A stretch of DNA of 64,000 bases from an uncultured Bacteroides sp. (GCA_964496885.1 CAZCBG010000009.1:1162-65161); one strand, 5' to 3'. Positions 1 through 9,759 are shown, numbered from the stretch's first letter. Translations and numbers: made by a program. Notes: a model not told the origin generated them from the letters alone.

Positions 1-10
1 TCTTAATTAA

Positions 11-52
11 AACGAAAACCTAAATAGTAACGAAAACAGGCTATAAACAGGC
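11..52 (+). repeat. Short direct repeats upstream of the recombinase gene: AACGAAAAC (11-19, 29-37) and AAACAGGC (34-41, 45-52)
   Basis: Read directly from the sequence. Function unknown; could be recombinase or regulator subsites. Confidence 0.4.
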
Positions 53-104
53 ATATATCGACAAAATAAGTCTTAGTATTAATAGGTAACAAAAAATATA
101 AAGG

Positions 105-731
105 ATGAAGGTAAAATACAATAGGGTATCAACAATACAACAAACAGGGAATAGATTTGAACTAGACACCAATACATACGATTTAACGCTATTGGATAAA
201 GTCAGTGGCAAAATGCTATTCACCGAAAGACCATGCGCTAGAGAGGTTATAAAGCTTGTAGAGGAGGGCAAATTAAGTGAACTGGTAGTTGAGGAACTAT
301 CAAGGCTTGGCAGGAACACAGGTGATGTAATAAGAACGCTGGAATGGCTGGAAGAACACCAAGTTAATGTAGTGGTCAGGAACATTGGATTGCAGAGCAG
401 ACCCAATGGAAAGACAAACCCAGTATGGAAAATGATATCATCTGTGATGTCATCTCTATACGAAATGGAACTATCAAATATTAAGGAACGGACATTGGCT
501 GGGAGAATGGTATTCATTCAAAAAGGTGGTACATTGGGCAGACCGTCTGGTAGTGGTGAAAGTGAAAAGAAATTCATTGAAAAAGATAAGAGCAAAGACA
601 TCATCAAGTACATTAACAAAGGCAGAACAGTAAGGGAAATAAGTAAATACCTAAGTGTAAGTCACAGGACAATCATCAAAGCAAAGAAGGTTGGCGAGAA
701 ATTCGGGTTGCTAGAAAACGTACAATGCTGA
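105..731 (+). CDS. Small serine recombinase (resolvase/invertase family) with C-terminal HTH
   Basis: N-terminal YNRVSTIQQ catalytic-serine motif. ELSRLGRN matches the DRLGR-type motif. C-terminal HTH-like GRTVREISKYLSVSHRTIIKAKK. 208 aa is the typical size. Confidence 0.85.
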   Translation: MKVKYNRVSTIQQTGNRFELDTNTYDLTLLDKVSGKMLFTERPCAREVIKLVEEGKLSELVVEELSRLGRNTGDVIRTLEWLEEHQVNVVVRNIGLQSRPNGKTNPVWKMISSVMSSLYEMELSNIKERTLAGRMVFIQKGGTLGRPSGSGESEKKFIEKDKSKDIIKYINKGRTVREISKYLSVSHRTIIKAKKVGEKFGLLENVQC

Positions 732-740
732 TAATCTAAT

Positions 741-778
741 GGGTGGTGGGTATCCGATGGGGGTATGAAACACCACCC
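741..778. repeat. G/C-rich inverted repeat: GGGTGGTG (741-748) / CACCACCC (771-778), 22-nt loop, directly after the recombinase stop
   Basis: Perfect 8-bp arms seen in the sequence, inside a conspicuously G-rich patch (741-815) flanked by almost pure A/T. No T-run follows, so it is not a classic terminator. Confidence 0.5.
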
Positions 779-922
779 ACCCCCTAAAAAGGCATGGGGG
801 TGCTGCATGAAGAAAAAATTATATAAATATTTTTTTTTAAAAATTTGGAAACTAATAATTTCTTAAATATCTTAAAGTGCAAATTTTTTATAAAAAATAA
901 TTTTAAACAGCTAAAAAAATGA

Positions 923-1285
923 CTAACCTAACATTGGCATATAATCAACCACATCAATGCTTAAATCGCTTATATTGGGTTCATATACCCTGCTAAACCT
1001 TTGGATACTCCTATTCTTTTTGGTGTAGATACTCCAAGCATGATTAGGTTTGAAATCAGAACCCCTTGGGGTTAAATAATGGTTCTGATTAAGCCATTTA
1101 GCAATTTTAATGAATGAATTACCTTCATCATGCATCTTGCTTATGGTATCAAAGAGAAACTGTTGGTAATCATTATAGGGTGAATACCATAATGTGGCTG
1201 AATAATAATCAACACTTAATGTTAGAAAAAACTTGTTTTTGGTAATGGTTTTGTCTGGTTGATATGTGCCCACCATGGAAAACAT
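923..1285 (-). pseudogene. Isolated fragment resembling the central 'recombinase' domain of large serine recombinases; probable gene remnant
   Basis: QFLFDTISKMHDEGNSFIKIAKWLNQNHYLTPRGSDFKPNHAWSIYTKK fits the pattern ..eG.s...IA..LN.....TPrG......W....v... No catalytic N-domain or zinc-ribbon C-domain is present. The upstream frame closes at a TAA (1334-1336). Confidence 0.35.
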
Positions 1286-1375
1286 TTCACCACCGTGGAG
1301 TAGTTTGAAATAGGTGTAAGTTGATTTTTTGATTTACGTCCGCTTTGGGGCGGAATAATCAATGATATTAAAATA

Positions 1376-1409
1376 GAAAAAGCCAAATCTTTCGACTTGG
1401 CTTTTTTTT
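1376..1409 (-). terminator. Bidirectional rho-independent terminator downstream of sodB
   Basis: AAAAAGCCAA-ATCTTTCGAC-TTGGCTTTTTTTT: hairpin flanked by an A-run and a T-run. Confidence 0.65.
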
Positions 1410-1437
1410 AAACTATTTTATGCTGAACATTTAGTTT

Positions 1438-2013
1438 TTATAAACGTCCACTTACGGCATCCCAGTCCACTAAATTCCAGAATGCAGCAATATAATCGGG
1501 TCTTTTATTCTGTTGATCAATATAATAAGCATGTTCCCATACATCGCAGGTTAGTAATGGCGTAAGACCATTTCTCAATGGATTTCCGGCATTGCTTTCC
1601 TGAACAATGGCCAAAGAACCATCATTGTTTTTTACCAACCAAGCCCATCCTGATCCGAACAAAGTTGCTGCAGCTGCAGAAAACTTTTGTTTAAATTCTT
1701 CAAATGAACCAAAAGACGCATTGATTACATCTGATAATTTTCCGGAAGGAAGTCCGCCACCATTAGGTTTTAAACAATTCCAATAGAAAGTATGATTCCA
1801 AATCTGGGCACCATTATTAAAGATACCACCACTCGCTTTTTTTACAATGTCTTCTAAGCTTGCGTTTTCAAATTCGGTACCAGGTGCTAGATTATTTAAA
1901 TTGTTTACATATGCCTGGTGGTGCTTTCCATAATGAAATTCAATGGTTTGCTTTGAAATATAAGGTTCTAATGCATCCATTGCATAAGGTAATTTGGGTA
2001 ATTCGAAAGCCAT
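1438..2013 (-). CDS. sodB: Superoxide dismutase, Fe type
   Basis: Near-colinear with E. coli SodB as recalled: [42 protein letters not shown]. Confidence 0.95.
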   Translation of the reverse strand: MAFELPKLPYAMDALEPYISKQTIEFHYGKHHQAYVNNLNNLAPGTEFENASLEDIVKKASGGIFNNGAQIWNHTFYWNCLKPNGGGLPSGKLSDVINASFGSFEEFKQKFSAAAATLFGSGWAWLVKNNDGSLAIVQESNAGNPLRNGLTPLLTCDVWEHAYYIDQQNKRPDYIAAFWNLVDWDAVSGRL

Positions 2014-2090
2014 GATTTTTTATTTTTAAAGGTTTAATAATATATTTTGTTAATTAAGGAAGTTTACTTAAACCCTTAATTTTTCAAAAT

Positions 2091-2108
2091 AAACAAACAA
2101 ACAAACAA
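2091..2108. repeat. (AAAC)4.5 microsatellite between ctp and sodB
   Basis: aaacaaacaaacaaacaa read directly; on the sodB strand it reads (TTTG)n. Confidence 0.8.
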
Positions 2109-2118
2109 TATGTTCAAA

Positions 2119-3735
2119 CTATTTATGTTTCTTAAGTTCTTCTACAGCTTTTAAAAATGAATTATCTGTCTGAAGATAAATAGGATAAAATCCTTTATCG
2201 TCAAAAACGTTTCTTCCGATAAATGCTTTCAGCATGACTTTAATTTTTTCAAGAGAAATTGTAAAACCTGGCAAATTATTAGAAATCCCATTCTTGGCTG
2301 CATATGCAATAAATTCATTTAAAATAGGCTGGCTGATAGTAAACTTTTGAATGTAATCGTCAGCATTTTTGAAAGCAGTAAATAGTTTTCTGTTTTTATC
2401 AGTATAATCAAAAGCAAATTGATATATTAAACCTTTGTTGTTTAGCTGATTGTAGTAATCAAGATTTTTGTCCATGTGTAAAGGGATGTAAATGTCGGGC
2501 ATAATACCACCACCACCGTAAACGACTTTGCCTTTTGGCGTTTTGTATTTTAATGAATGAGCAAATTTTGTACTATCCGGATTCTCAAGTTCACCATTCT
2601 GATACCTTTGATTGAGGTCGTTCATGTATTCTTCAATACCGTTTTTATAGGATTTTTGAATGCATCTTCCTGTTGGAGTATGATACCTGGCCACTGTAAG
2701 GCGCACAGCAGAACCATCAGATAAATCAAATTGCTCTTGCACCAGACCCTTTCCAAACGAACGTCTTCCGATGATAGTTCCTCTGTCGTTATCTTGAATG
2801 GCTCCGGCAATAATTTCGCTTGCTGAAGCTGACCATTCGTCAATTAATACAACCAAAGCTTCCTTTTCCGAAACCCCTTTTTTTGTAGCATATGCAAATT
2901 GCTTAGGCCTGTTTTTCCCTTCGGTATAAACAATCAATTTACCGTCCGAAAGAAATTCATCTGCTACATCAATAGCTGACTGTAAAAATCCACCCCCGTT
3001 TCCTCTAAGATCCAGAATTAAACCTTGCATACCTTGTTTGTTCAGTTTTTGCAATGCCTGCAAAAACTCCTGAGAGGTTGTTTTCGAAAATTTGCTCAGT
3101 TTGATGTAACCAATTTTTGGGTCGACCATGTATGATATATCAATACTATAGGTTGGAATTACATCTCTAACAATATTAAAGTCAAGTAAATGTGCAACAT
3201 CTCTTCTAAAAATACTTACTTTAACTGTTGAACCTTTTTTACCTTTCAACTTTTTTAAAACATCCGTATCTTTAATGCCAATAGCAGCTACATTCTTCCC
3301 ATCAACTTTTACAATTCTGTCTCCAGCTCTGATGCCAATTTTTTCAGATGGTCCACCCGAAACTGTATTAATGACCATGATCGTATCACTCTGAATCCGA
3401 AACTGTACCCCTATTCCTTCAAAATTTCCCATTAAAGGATCATTGACATCGTTAAATTCTTCAGCTGAAATATAAGCTGAGTGTGGATCCAAACTTTGGA
3501 GCATACCACTGATTGCTTTTTCTTGTAATTTCTCAATAGAAATAGTATCGACATAATCTTGCAATGCAAAATTAATCACGTCATTTACCTTGTCGTAGGT
3601 TTGTCTTTTTGAGGAAAATAAATTTCTATTTTTTAAAGTTCCTGAAAGTAGTATACCTAGCAAAATGCCAACTATCAATACAATAGAAAAAATAATGGGA
3701 AGATATTTATGGTTAGATGTTGAGTTTTCGTTCAT
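2119..3735 (-). CDS. ctp: S41 family carboxyl-terminal processing peptidase (PDZ domain), paralog 1
   Basis: N-terminal TM anchor, PDZ-like GDRIVKVDG, LILDLRGNGGG, S41 catalytic region SASASEIIAGAIQD..GKG. Confidence 0.9.
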   Translation of the reverse strand: MNENSTSNHKYLPIIFSIVLIVGILLGILLSGTLKNRNLFSSKRQTYDKVNDVINFALQDYVDTISIEKLQEKAISGMLQSLDPHSAYISAEEFNDVNDPLMGNFEGIGVQFRIQSDTIMVINTVSGGPSEKIGIRAGDRIVKVDGKNVAAIGIKDTDVLKKLKGKKGSTVKVSIFRRDVAHLLDFNIVRDVIPTYSIDISYMVDPKIGYIKLSKFSKTTSQEFLQALQKLNKQGMQGLILDLRGNGGGFLQSAIDVADEFLSDGKLIVYTEGKNRPKQFAYATKKGVSEKEALVVLIDEWSASASEIIAGAIQDNDRGTIIGRRSFGKGLVQEQFDLSDGSAVRLTVARYHTPTGRCIQKSYKNGIEEYMNDLNQRYQNGELENPDSTKFAHSLKYKTPKGKVVYGGGGIMPDIYIPLHMDKNLDYYNQLNNKGLIYQFAFDYTDKNRKLFTAFKNADDYIQKFTISQPILNEFIAYAAKNGISNNLPGFTISLEKIKVMLKAFIGRNVFDDKGFYPIYLQTDNSFLKAVEELKKHK

Positions 3736-3932
3736 GCTGAGTGCTTATAATGTTATTTGTAATTAAGTTATTGCTAAAATTCATTGATTTTCTATGAATT
3801 ACGTCTGTAATATTTTGCAAAAGTACAAAAAAAGCTTTGTTATAATTTTGTATTTTTTCTTAATAAAACCAAATTTTCTGCACATATAGCTTTTGTTTGA
3901 TGTAACTTTGTATATCCTTAAAAACGTATATC

Positions 3933-4436
3933 ATGAAAAAGTTATTAGTATTTATGACCGTGTTGATAATGGCTTATGGGGGTTTTGCCCAAATAAAAAA
4001 AGGAAATAACGATGCAGCTATTGAGAAAACTGGTCAATTGGACAACAAAGGAATAACAATTGACTTTAGCAAAAGCGCTGTTAACCCAAAAAATGTGGAA
4101 GACTACTTCAACAAAGGAATTGAAAAGTTTGACCTTAGGGATTACAAAGGAGCAATTGAAGAATTTACGAAAGCGATTGAATTAAATGATTTAAAATTTC
4201 CCGAAGCTTATTTCAACAGAGGCGTAGCTAAATTCAAACTCGAAGACTATAAAGGGGCTGTAATTGATTATGCAAAAGCTATAGAAAACAAGCCAGATTA
4301 TGCCAAGGCATACTACAACAGAGGAGTTGCAAAAATTAAATTAGGCGAGAAAGAAAGTGCATGCTTAGATTTAAGAAAAGCAGAAGAATTAGGGTATGTA
4401 GTAGCTAATGAATACATGAAAGCATTTTGTAAATAA
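3933..4436 (+). CDS. Secreted tetratricopeptide-repeat protein
   Basis: Signal peptide MKKLLVFMTVLIMAYGGFAQ. Three tandem repeats of the type Y(F/Y)NRGVAK..L.DYKGA..DY.KAIE. Confidence 0.8.
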   Translation: MKKLLVFMTVLIMAYGGFAQIKKGNNDAAIEKTGQLDNKGITIDFSKSAVNPKNVEDYFNKGIEKFDLRDYKGAIEEFTKAIELNDLKFPEAYFNRGVAKFKLEDYKGAVIDYAKAIENKPDYAKAYYNRGVAKIKLGEKESACLDLRKAEELGYVVANEYMKAFCK

Positions 4437-4440
4437 AAAA

Positions 4441-4480
4441 CCCTTGCAACTCATAAAGCTACAAGGGTTTATCTTTTTCT
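4441..4480 (+). terminator. Weak hairpin plus T-rich tail after the TPR gene
   Basis: CCCTTG...CAAGGG followed by TTTATCTTTTT. Confidence 0.4.
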
Positions 4481-4486
4481 GAAATG

Positions 4487-4570
4487 TACCCGGAGCCGGG
4501 ATCGAACCGGCACGAGTGTAACCTCATCGGTTTTTGAGACCGACGCGTCTACCAATTCCGCCATCCGGGC
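4487..4570 (-). tRNA. tRNA-Leu (anticodon CAA)
   Basis: Hand-folded cloverleaf. Acceptor GCCCGGA/TCCGGGT, anticodon stem TCGGT/ACCGA with loop CTCAAAA, long variable arm, T-arm GGTTCGATCC. No encoded CCA. Confidence 0.9.
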
Positions 4571-4683
4571 ATTTAAAAGAACTTTTTAAAGGACTGCAAA
4601 AATACTACTTTTTCTCAAACTTTTGTAAAAAAAAATTAATTTTAAATTTAATTGATTTTCAAGCTTTTTTCAAATAAAATACT

Positions 4684-4691
4684 TAATTTTG
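4684..4691 (+). promoter_or_regulatory. Bacteroidota -7 promoter box TAATTTTG (TAnnTTTG) for prs
   Basis: Exact match to the TAnnTTTG consensus, 25 nt upstream of the ATG at 4716. Confidence 0.5.
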
Positions 4692-4715
4692 CAGCCCAAA
4701 GTAAAAAGCTACACC

Positions 4716-5660
4716 ATGTCAAATCTTGTTAATATTTTTTCAGGAAGAGCAACCCGTTATTTAGCGGAAAAAATTGCCGAATACTATGGCAAAGAACTTG
4801 GTAAATCAGTAGTTGTGGAATTTTCGGATGGCGAATTCCAACCATCATTTGAACAGAATATCAGAGGAAATGATGTGTTTATTATACAATCTACTTTTGC
4901 TCCAACCGAAAATTTATTTGAATTATTGATGATGATTGATGCTGCCAAAAGAGCTTCAGCCCGTCGCATCATTGCCGTAATTCCTTATTTTGGATTTGCA
5001 CGTCAGGATAGAAAAGACAAACCAAGGGTTTCCATTGCAGCAAAACTAGTAGCCAATCTTTTAACCGCTGCAGGTGTTCAGAGAATTATTACCATGGACT
5101 TACATGCAGATCAGATTCAAGGTTTTTTCGACGTACCTGTTGACCATTTGTATGGGTCTTCAGTATTCATCTCTTATGTTAAGAGCTTAAACCTGCCAAA
5201 TCTTACATTTGCTTCACCCGATACAGGTGGTACACGTAGAGCAGGAATGTATGCCAAAACCCTCGGAACAGGTTTTGTAATTTGTTACAAACAACGCAAC
5301 AAGCCCAATGAAGTAGGTAAAATGGAATTGATTGGTGATGTTAAAGATAAAAATGTAATTTTACTCGACGATATCATTGATACAGGTAATACTATTGTTA
5401 AAGCAGCCTATTTGATGATGGAGAATGGCGCAGCAAGCGTTAGAGCTGTGATTACTCATCCTTTATTAACGGGAAATGCTTATGAAATGATCGAGAATTC
5501 TCCTTTTACAGAAGTAGTCGTTAGTGATACAATTCCATTGCGTCATCAAAGTGATAAAATTCATGTCATTACCGTTGCAAAACTCATATCGGATGTCATC
5601 CGAAGGGTAGAAAACAATGAATCTATTTCAAATTTATATAATACGTTTGACCTTAAATAA
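4716..5660 (+). CDS. prs: Ribose-phosphate pyrophosphokinase
   Basis: Family motifs VIPYFGFARQDRK, DLHADQIQGFF and the PRPP loop ILLDDIIDTGNT. The ORF-track start at 4689 is a TTG inside the promoter box, so the ATG at 4716 is preferred. Confidence 0.95.
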   Translation: MSNLVNIFSGRATRYLAEKIAEYYGKELGKSVVVEFSDGEFQPSFEQNIRGNDVFIIQSTFAPTENLFELLMMIDAAKRASARRIIAVIPYFGFARQDRKDKPRVSIAAKLVANLLTAAGVQRIITMDLHADQIQGFFDVPVDHLYGSSVFISYVKSLNLPNLTFASPDTGGTRRAGMYAKTLGTGFVICYKQRNKPNEVGKMELIGDVKDKNVILLDDIIDTGNTIVKAAYLMMENGAASVRAVITHPLLTGNAYEMIENSPFTEVVVSDTIPLRHQSDKIHVITVAKLISDVIRRVENNESISNLYNTFDLK

Positions 5661-5743
5661 TACGCCTTATAAATAATTACTAATTAGAGAAAAAAAAACT
5701 TAAAAGGCGAAAGTTTTTACTTCTCACAAATAAATTAATTAAA

Positions 5744-6325
5744 ATGAAAACAGTATCTATGAGCGGTTCTCTGAGAGAGAACGTAGGGAAAAAAGATGCA
5801 AAAATGAACAGAAAAAACGGTAAAGTACCCTGTGTTCTTTATGGTGGTAAAGATCAGATTCATTTTTTGACAAATGAAAAAGATTTTAAAGACATCATTT
5901 TTACACCTGAAGTATGTTTTATCGATTTGGAAATCAATGAAAAAAAATACAAAGCTACTTTACAAGATGTTCAATATCATCCAGTAAGTGATAGTATTTT
6001 ACATGTTGATTTTCTTCAGATTAGTGAAGATAAACCAATTATTATGAGTGTTCCTATTAAAGTTATTGGTACATCTCCTGGCGTTTTAAGAGGCGGTAAA
6101 TTGGTTGTGAAAATGAGAAAACTAAAGGTTAAAGGTTTACCTAATGTATTACCAGATGACGTTAAAATTGACATTACACCATTGGATATCGATGATTTTG
6201 TTAAAGTTAACAACCTGAAAGTAGAAGGTGTTGAATTCTTAAATGTTCCAACTTCTATCGTTGTCTTGATTAAACCTACACGTGGGGTTGAAGAAGCCAC
6301 TCCTGAAGCTGAAGCTAAGAAATAA
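5744..6325 (+). CDS. rplY: 50S ribosomal protein L25 / general stress protein Ctc
   Basis: RENVGKKDAKMNRKNGKVPCVLYGG N-terminus and the overall L25/Ctc pattern. Confidence 0.9.
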   Translation: MKTVSMSGSLRENVGKKDAKMNRKNGKVPCVLYGGKDQIHFLTNEKDFKDIIFTPEVCFIDLEINEKKYKATLQDVQYHPVSDSILHVDFLQISEDKPIIMSVPIKVIGTSPGVLRGGKLVVKMRKLKVKGLPNVLPDDVKIDITPLDIDDFVKVNNLKVEGVEFLNVPTSIVVLIKPTRGVEEATPEAEAKK

Positions 6326-6350
6326 GATTCTTAAATTACATATTTTAAAA

Positions 6351-6382
6351 GGTATAAAGTTTGCAACTTTATACCTTTTTTT
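6351..6382 (+). terminator. Rho-independent terminator after rplY
   Basis: 11-bp perfect stem GGTATAAAGTT/AACTTTATACC, 3-nt loop, then T7. Confidence 0.8.
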
Positions 6383-6495
6383 ATTGCTGATAGATGAAAC
6401 AAAATCAAATCAAATGTTAACATAATTTATATACAAATAGATTTTTATTGTTGTAACTTTGTGATATATATTTTCTCGATTAAAAGCAAAATACA

Positions 6496-8403
6496 ATGAA
6501 AAAATTTACTTTTTTTAGCGTATTGCTTGCAATTAGCAGTACGTTGAGCCTTGGTCAAAACGTAAGTGTTAAACCCTCCACTTTTCAAAGCTTTCAATCT
6601 AGTGGCCCAAAGAATCTTCAGGAATACTTGAATGAGAATGTGGTTTCAAACACAAAAGTTTCAATTTGGTCTGATAATTTTGCAGATACTGCAAAATGGG
6701 TAATTTACAAAATCCCCGAGACGATAGGTAATTGGGCCATCATATCCGACACAGCTGCAGCATCTTCTGCCTGGAAGAATTTTTGGGGTGCTGACAATAT
6801 GAATTCCCCAACTGCTAATCAAGGAGTTGCATATTTTGACGGTATTTACCAGTTTGTTAATAATATTACAGGTCCCGAAAATAGCATGATAATATCGAAG
6901 GACTTTATTGATTTAAGTAATCAAAGTGCTGTTTCTATTAAATTCTATCAATGGTATTATTCTTTTAACAATGATTCTACTTTAGTTGAAATAAGTAACG
7001 ACAGTATAAACTGGCATAGTTTTCTTGCAAATCCAGATGTTACAGCTAATGGAAATGCTAACCAATGGAGGTATGGCTGGAAAGAAATAAATATTTCTCA
7101 ATGGGCTGCCAATCAGCCTAAAATATGGATCAGATTCAGATTCTATGCACCAGAATTTTCCGGGACACCCCTTTCAACTGCTTATGGTGGTGGATATGGA
7201 TGGATGATAGATGATGTTTCGCTATTCAGGCCAGCTGATAATTGGATACAAATTAACAGGGCTACGCTGTATGATGCCTATATGCAAATACCTTCCGGAT
7301 TAGGAAGACCAATGTATTATGATGCCGATATTGTTAACATGGGTGCCATTGCTCAGTCTCATTTAAAATTACATGGCATTGAATTAACCACCAATTCTGA
7401 ATCAAACAGTATTGATACAACTATACAACCAGGTGAAAGTTTTTATAAATTGACCACAAACAATTATTTCTTTACACCTCCCTCAACAATAGGGACCTAT
7501 AAAGTTACTGCCTTTATTTCCAGCGATTCAATCCCTTTTCTTCTTGCTCAGGACACTTTTGATATTAAAGTCGTTTGTGATAGCTGTATGTATGCTAGAG
7601 ATAATAATAACTATACAGGTTCACGATGGGCTGAAACCAGCGGAACATTTAGTAATCCTTATACTGCTGTTAATAAGTTCCAGCTTAATCAGGATAGAAG
7701 TATATATGGTATCAATTGTGTAGTAAATACGCTTTCAAAAATAGGTTCTAAAATTAAAGCAATCTTGTATAAATATTCCAGAGAAACGGGTTCAATAATT
7801 ATTGTTGCTCAATCAACAAATTACTATCTTACAGAAACTGACATTCCTTCTGCCCCTCCTTTATTTAATCCACCTTCTATTTCTTTGCCATTTGCATCAG
7901 GATATACCATGCAGAAAGATTCAATTTATTATCTGGGTATACAATCTTTTGGAGGAAACGATATTGTAAAAATAGCTACCGACAATACAGGCATACCTCA
8001 ACATGAACAAGCATCCCTTTTATATGATCCAGCTGAAAATATCTGGTATTCCTGGGGTGGTGGTAATGCTCCTGCAATGATGATACGTGGAATTTTTAAT
8101 CAAAATATGAATTGGAATTTAGGTATCATCGAGAATAAAAATAATCAACCGCTCTTAGTTTGTATGCCAAATCCGGCAAAAAATGCCTGCAGGATTTCTT
8201 ATACGTTGAACTATGCCGAAATAACTTCCATCATTTTAACTGACATTATGGGAAGAAGCCTTCATTCAATTTTTCAAGGCAGGCAAACAAAGGGCAATTA
8301 TATGCTCGATATTGATTTATCTGAATTAATAAGTGGGACCTATTTTCTATGTTTAAAAACTACAACTGCTCAGGTTACTGAAAAACTAATCATTATAAGA
8401 TAA
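6496..8403 (+). CDS. Secreted protein with T9SS (Por) C-terminal sorting domain; N-terminal MAM/choice-of-anchor-like lectin fold (guess)
   Basis: Signal peptide. C-terminal about 80 aa has PNPAKN...GTYFLCLKTTTAQVTEKLIIIR, typical of the type A CTD. Confidence 0.7.
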   Translation: MKKFTFFSVLLAISSTLSLGQNVSVKPSTFQSFQSSGPKNLQEYLNENVVSNTKVSIWSDNFADTAKWVIYKIPETIGNWAIISDTAAASSAWKNFWGADNMNSPTANQGVAYFDGIYQFVNNITGPENSMIISKDFIDLSNQSAVSIKFYQWYYSFNNDSTLVEISNDSINWHSFLANPDVTANGNANQWRYGWKEINISQWAANQPKIWIRFRFYAPEFSGTPLSTAYGGGYGWMIDDVSLFRPADNWIQINRATLYDAYMQIPSGLGRPMYYDADIVNMGAIAQSHLKLHGIELTTNSESNSIDTTIQPGESFYKLTTNNYFFTPPSTIGTYKVTAFISSDSIPFLLAQDTFDIKVVCDSCMYARDNNNYTGSRWAETSGTFSNPYTAVNKFQLNQDRSIYGINCVVNTLSKIGSKIKAILYKYSRETGSIIIVAQSTNYYLTETDIPSAPPLFNPPSISLPFASGYTMQKDSIYYLGIQSFGGNDIVKIATDNTGIPQHEQASLLYDPAENIWYSWGGGNAPAMMIRGIFNQNMNWNLGIIENKNNQPLLVCMPNPAKNACRISYTLNYAEITSIILTDIMGRSLHSIFQGRQTKGNYMLDIDLSELISGTYFLCLKTTTAQVTEKLIIIR

Positions 8404-8424
8404 TAAAAAAAGAAAAACAAAAGT

Positions 8425-9600
8425 TTACATCAGTTTTTTATATACTTGCCACCAACGATCAGGCACTTCGTCGGCCAATGCAGTTTGATAATCATCATAG
8501 GAACAAGGCACTAAATAATGACGTTCATATTTGATTTTTAAATCTATTGGGCAGGGTACTTCCATCCACCAACGATCGCTTTTTTTGCTTTTATAAAAAA
8601 TAATTTCGTGGGTATTTTCTTTGATGGAAACATAGTATTTTTTATAGTTCTCTTTGTCTTTATAAGGATAATCGAATTTGCGATTGTAAAAACCATCTAT
8701 AAAATACCAAATCATCTGAGCTACCAAATGAGAAGTTTGTCCATTGTTGTCGAATACAGGATTGCATTCATAAAATCCAACAGAAGTTAACTTGTCGCTC
8801 ATGCCTGCATAGCGAGCAATCTGGCAAACTTCTTCTCCATTAAATCCATTGGGAGTTGCATTTGCATTGCCAGGTGCATCAGCCTGACGGATGGCCGAAA
8901 TATCAATACTTATCATATCTGCATTGCGTACCAAAGGTTCTACCAGTTCGATGTCTTTTCTGATTACACCCAGGCGATAGGCATCAAAATACAATTTCCC
9001 CATAAGTTCAATCGCTTCCTGATCAACAAAATAAGTCTGATAACCTATATTGGTATAATTAAATAAAAAATTAGGCTGATGCAAAATAATCTTACTTAGA
9101 TAGGCCTTGGCATCAATTTCATCTTCGGCATCTCCCAAATCAAAAGTATTATCAACTGTAAAGATATTAATGATTTGTCCTAATTTTTCGTAAGCCCTGT
9201 AATTGGCAAAACACAAATCCTGACTCCCACCAATGATGATAGGTATTATTTCTTTTTTGATGAGTGTAGCAACTACCTCACTCAATGCAAAATAAGTATC
9301 TTCAACCGAATGACCTTTTTTAATATTCCCTAAGTCAGCAATTTTGTTCTTGGCTGATGAAGGAAATAACTGATAAAATTTCTTTCGAATTTCATCAGGT
9401 GCATTGGCAGAACCGAAATTATTCACCGACTTACGGTCTTCTTTCACTCCTATAATGGCAATATCAATTCCTTCCATATCAGGAAAAATTGCTTCTTCTG
9501 TAAAGCTAGTAATGATATGACCTAAGCGACTACGTAAATCATGATAATCAAGATCTTCATTTTTAAAACCGATAGGTTCCAAATAAATTTTAATATCCAT
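8425..9600 (-). CDS. Arginase/agmatinase/formimidoylglutamase family protein (long Bacteroidota form)
   Basis: Ureohydrolase-like motifs IIIGGSQD, SIDISAIR and GFYECNP, plus a C-terminal extension of about 90 aa. Confidence 0.65.
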   Translation of the reverse strand: MDIKIYLEPIGFKNEDLDYHDLRSRLGHIITSFTEEAIFPDMEGIDIAIIGVKEDRKSVNNFGSANAPDEIRKKFYQLFPSSAKNKIADLGNIKKGHSVEDTYFALSEVVATLIKKEIIPIIIGGSQDLCFANYRAYEKLGQIINIFTVDNTFDLGDAEDEIDAKAYLSKIILHQPNFLFNYTNIGYQTYFVDQEAIELMGKLYFDAYRLGVIRKDIELVEPLVRNADMISIDISAIRQADAPGNANATPNGFNGEEVCQIARYAGMSDKLTSVGFYECNPVFDNNGQTSHLVAQMIWYFIDGFYNRKFDYPYKDKENYKKYYVSIKENTHEIIFYKSKKSDRWWMEVPCPIDLKIKYERHYLVPCSYDDYQTALADEVPDRWWQVYKKLM

Positions 9601-9759
9601 AAGTGCCTCTAAAATTATTAGGTAAAAATAATTTTTTTATTCAAACATTACCTTCCTTTCGGCAATAATTTATAAACAATATTTCAATAAATTGATTTGC
9701 AATAAATTATTTCAAGAAAAAAAGCATGATTTTCTTTATATTTCTGAAAAGATATTCTT

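Noticed and set aside
41-517. 158-aa minus-strand ORF overlapping the recombinase gene. The same applies to the other antisense or alternative-frame ORFs in the track: 2622-2843, 4784-4972, 6016-6300, 8608-8790, 14311-14598, 15406-15886, 19247-19698, 20035-20304, 25459-26585 (minus-strand set), 31740-32085, 32777-33054, 35947-36219, 38965-40145, 44157-44716, 51018-51360, 58924-59169 and 61533-61871.
   Set aside because: Each lies wholly inside a longer ORF on the other strand or frame that has clear family motifs. Their translations are low-complexity (S/L/I/F-rich), typical of shadow ORFs in AT-rich DNA.
883-898. Perfect 16-nt palindrome ATTTTTTATAAAAAAT in the spacer after the recombinase gene
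   Set aside because: It is composed only of A/T in a spacer that is almost pure A/T, so it is expected by chance.
2091-2108. (AAAC)4.5 microsatellite, reading (TTTG)n on the sodB strand about 80-95 nt upstream of sodB; considered as a phase-variable promoter element
   Set aside because: Only 4.5 units. I could not place a proper TAnnTTTG -7 box at a suitable spacing downstream of it, and there is no evidence of length variation from a single sequence.
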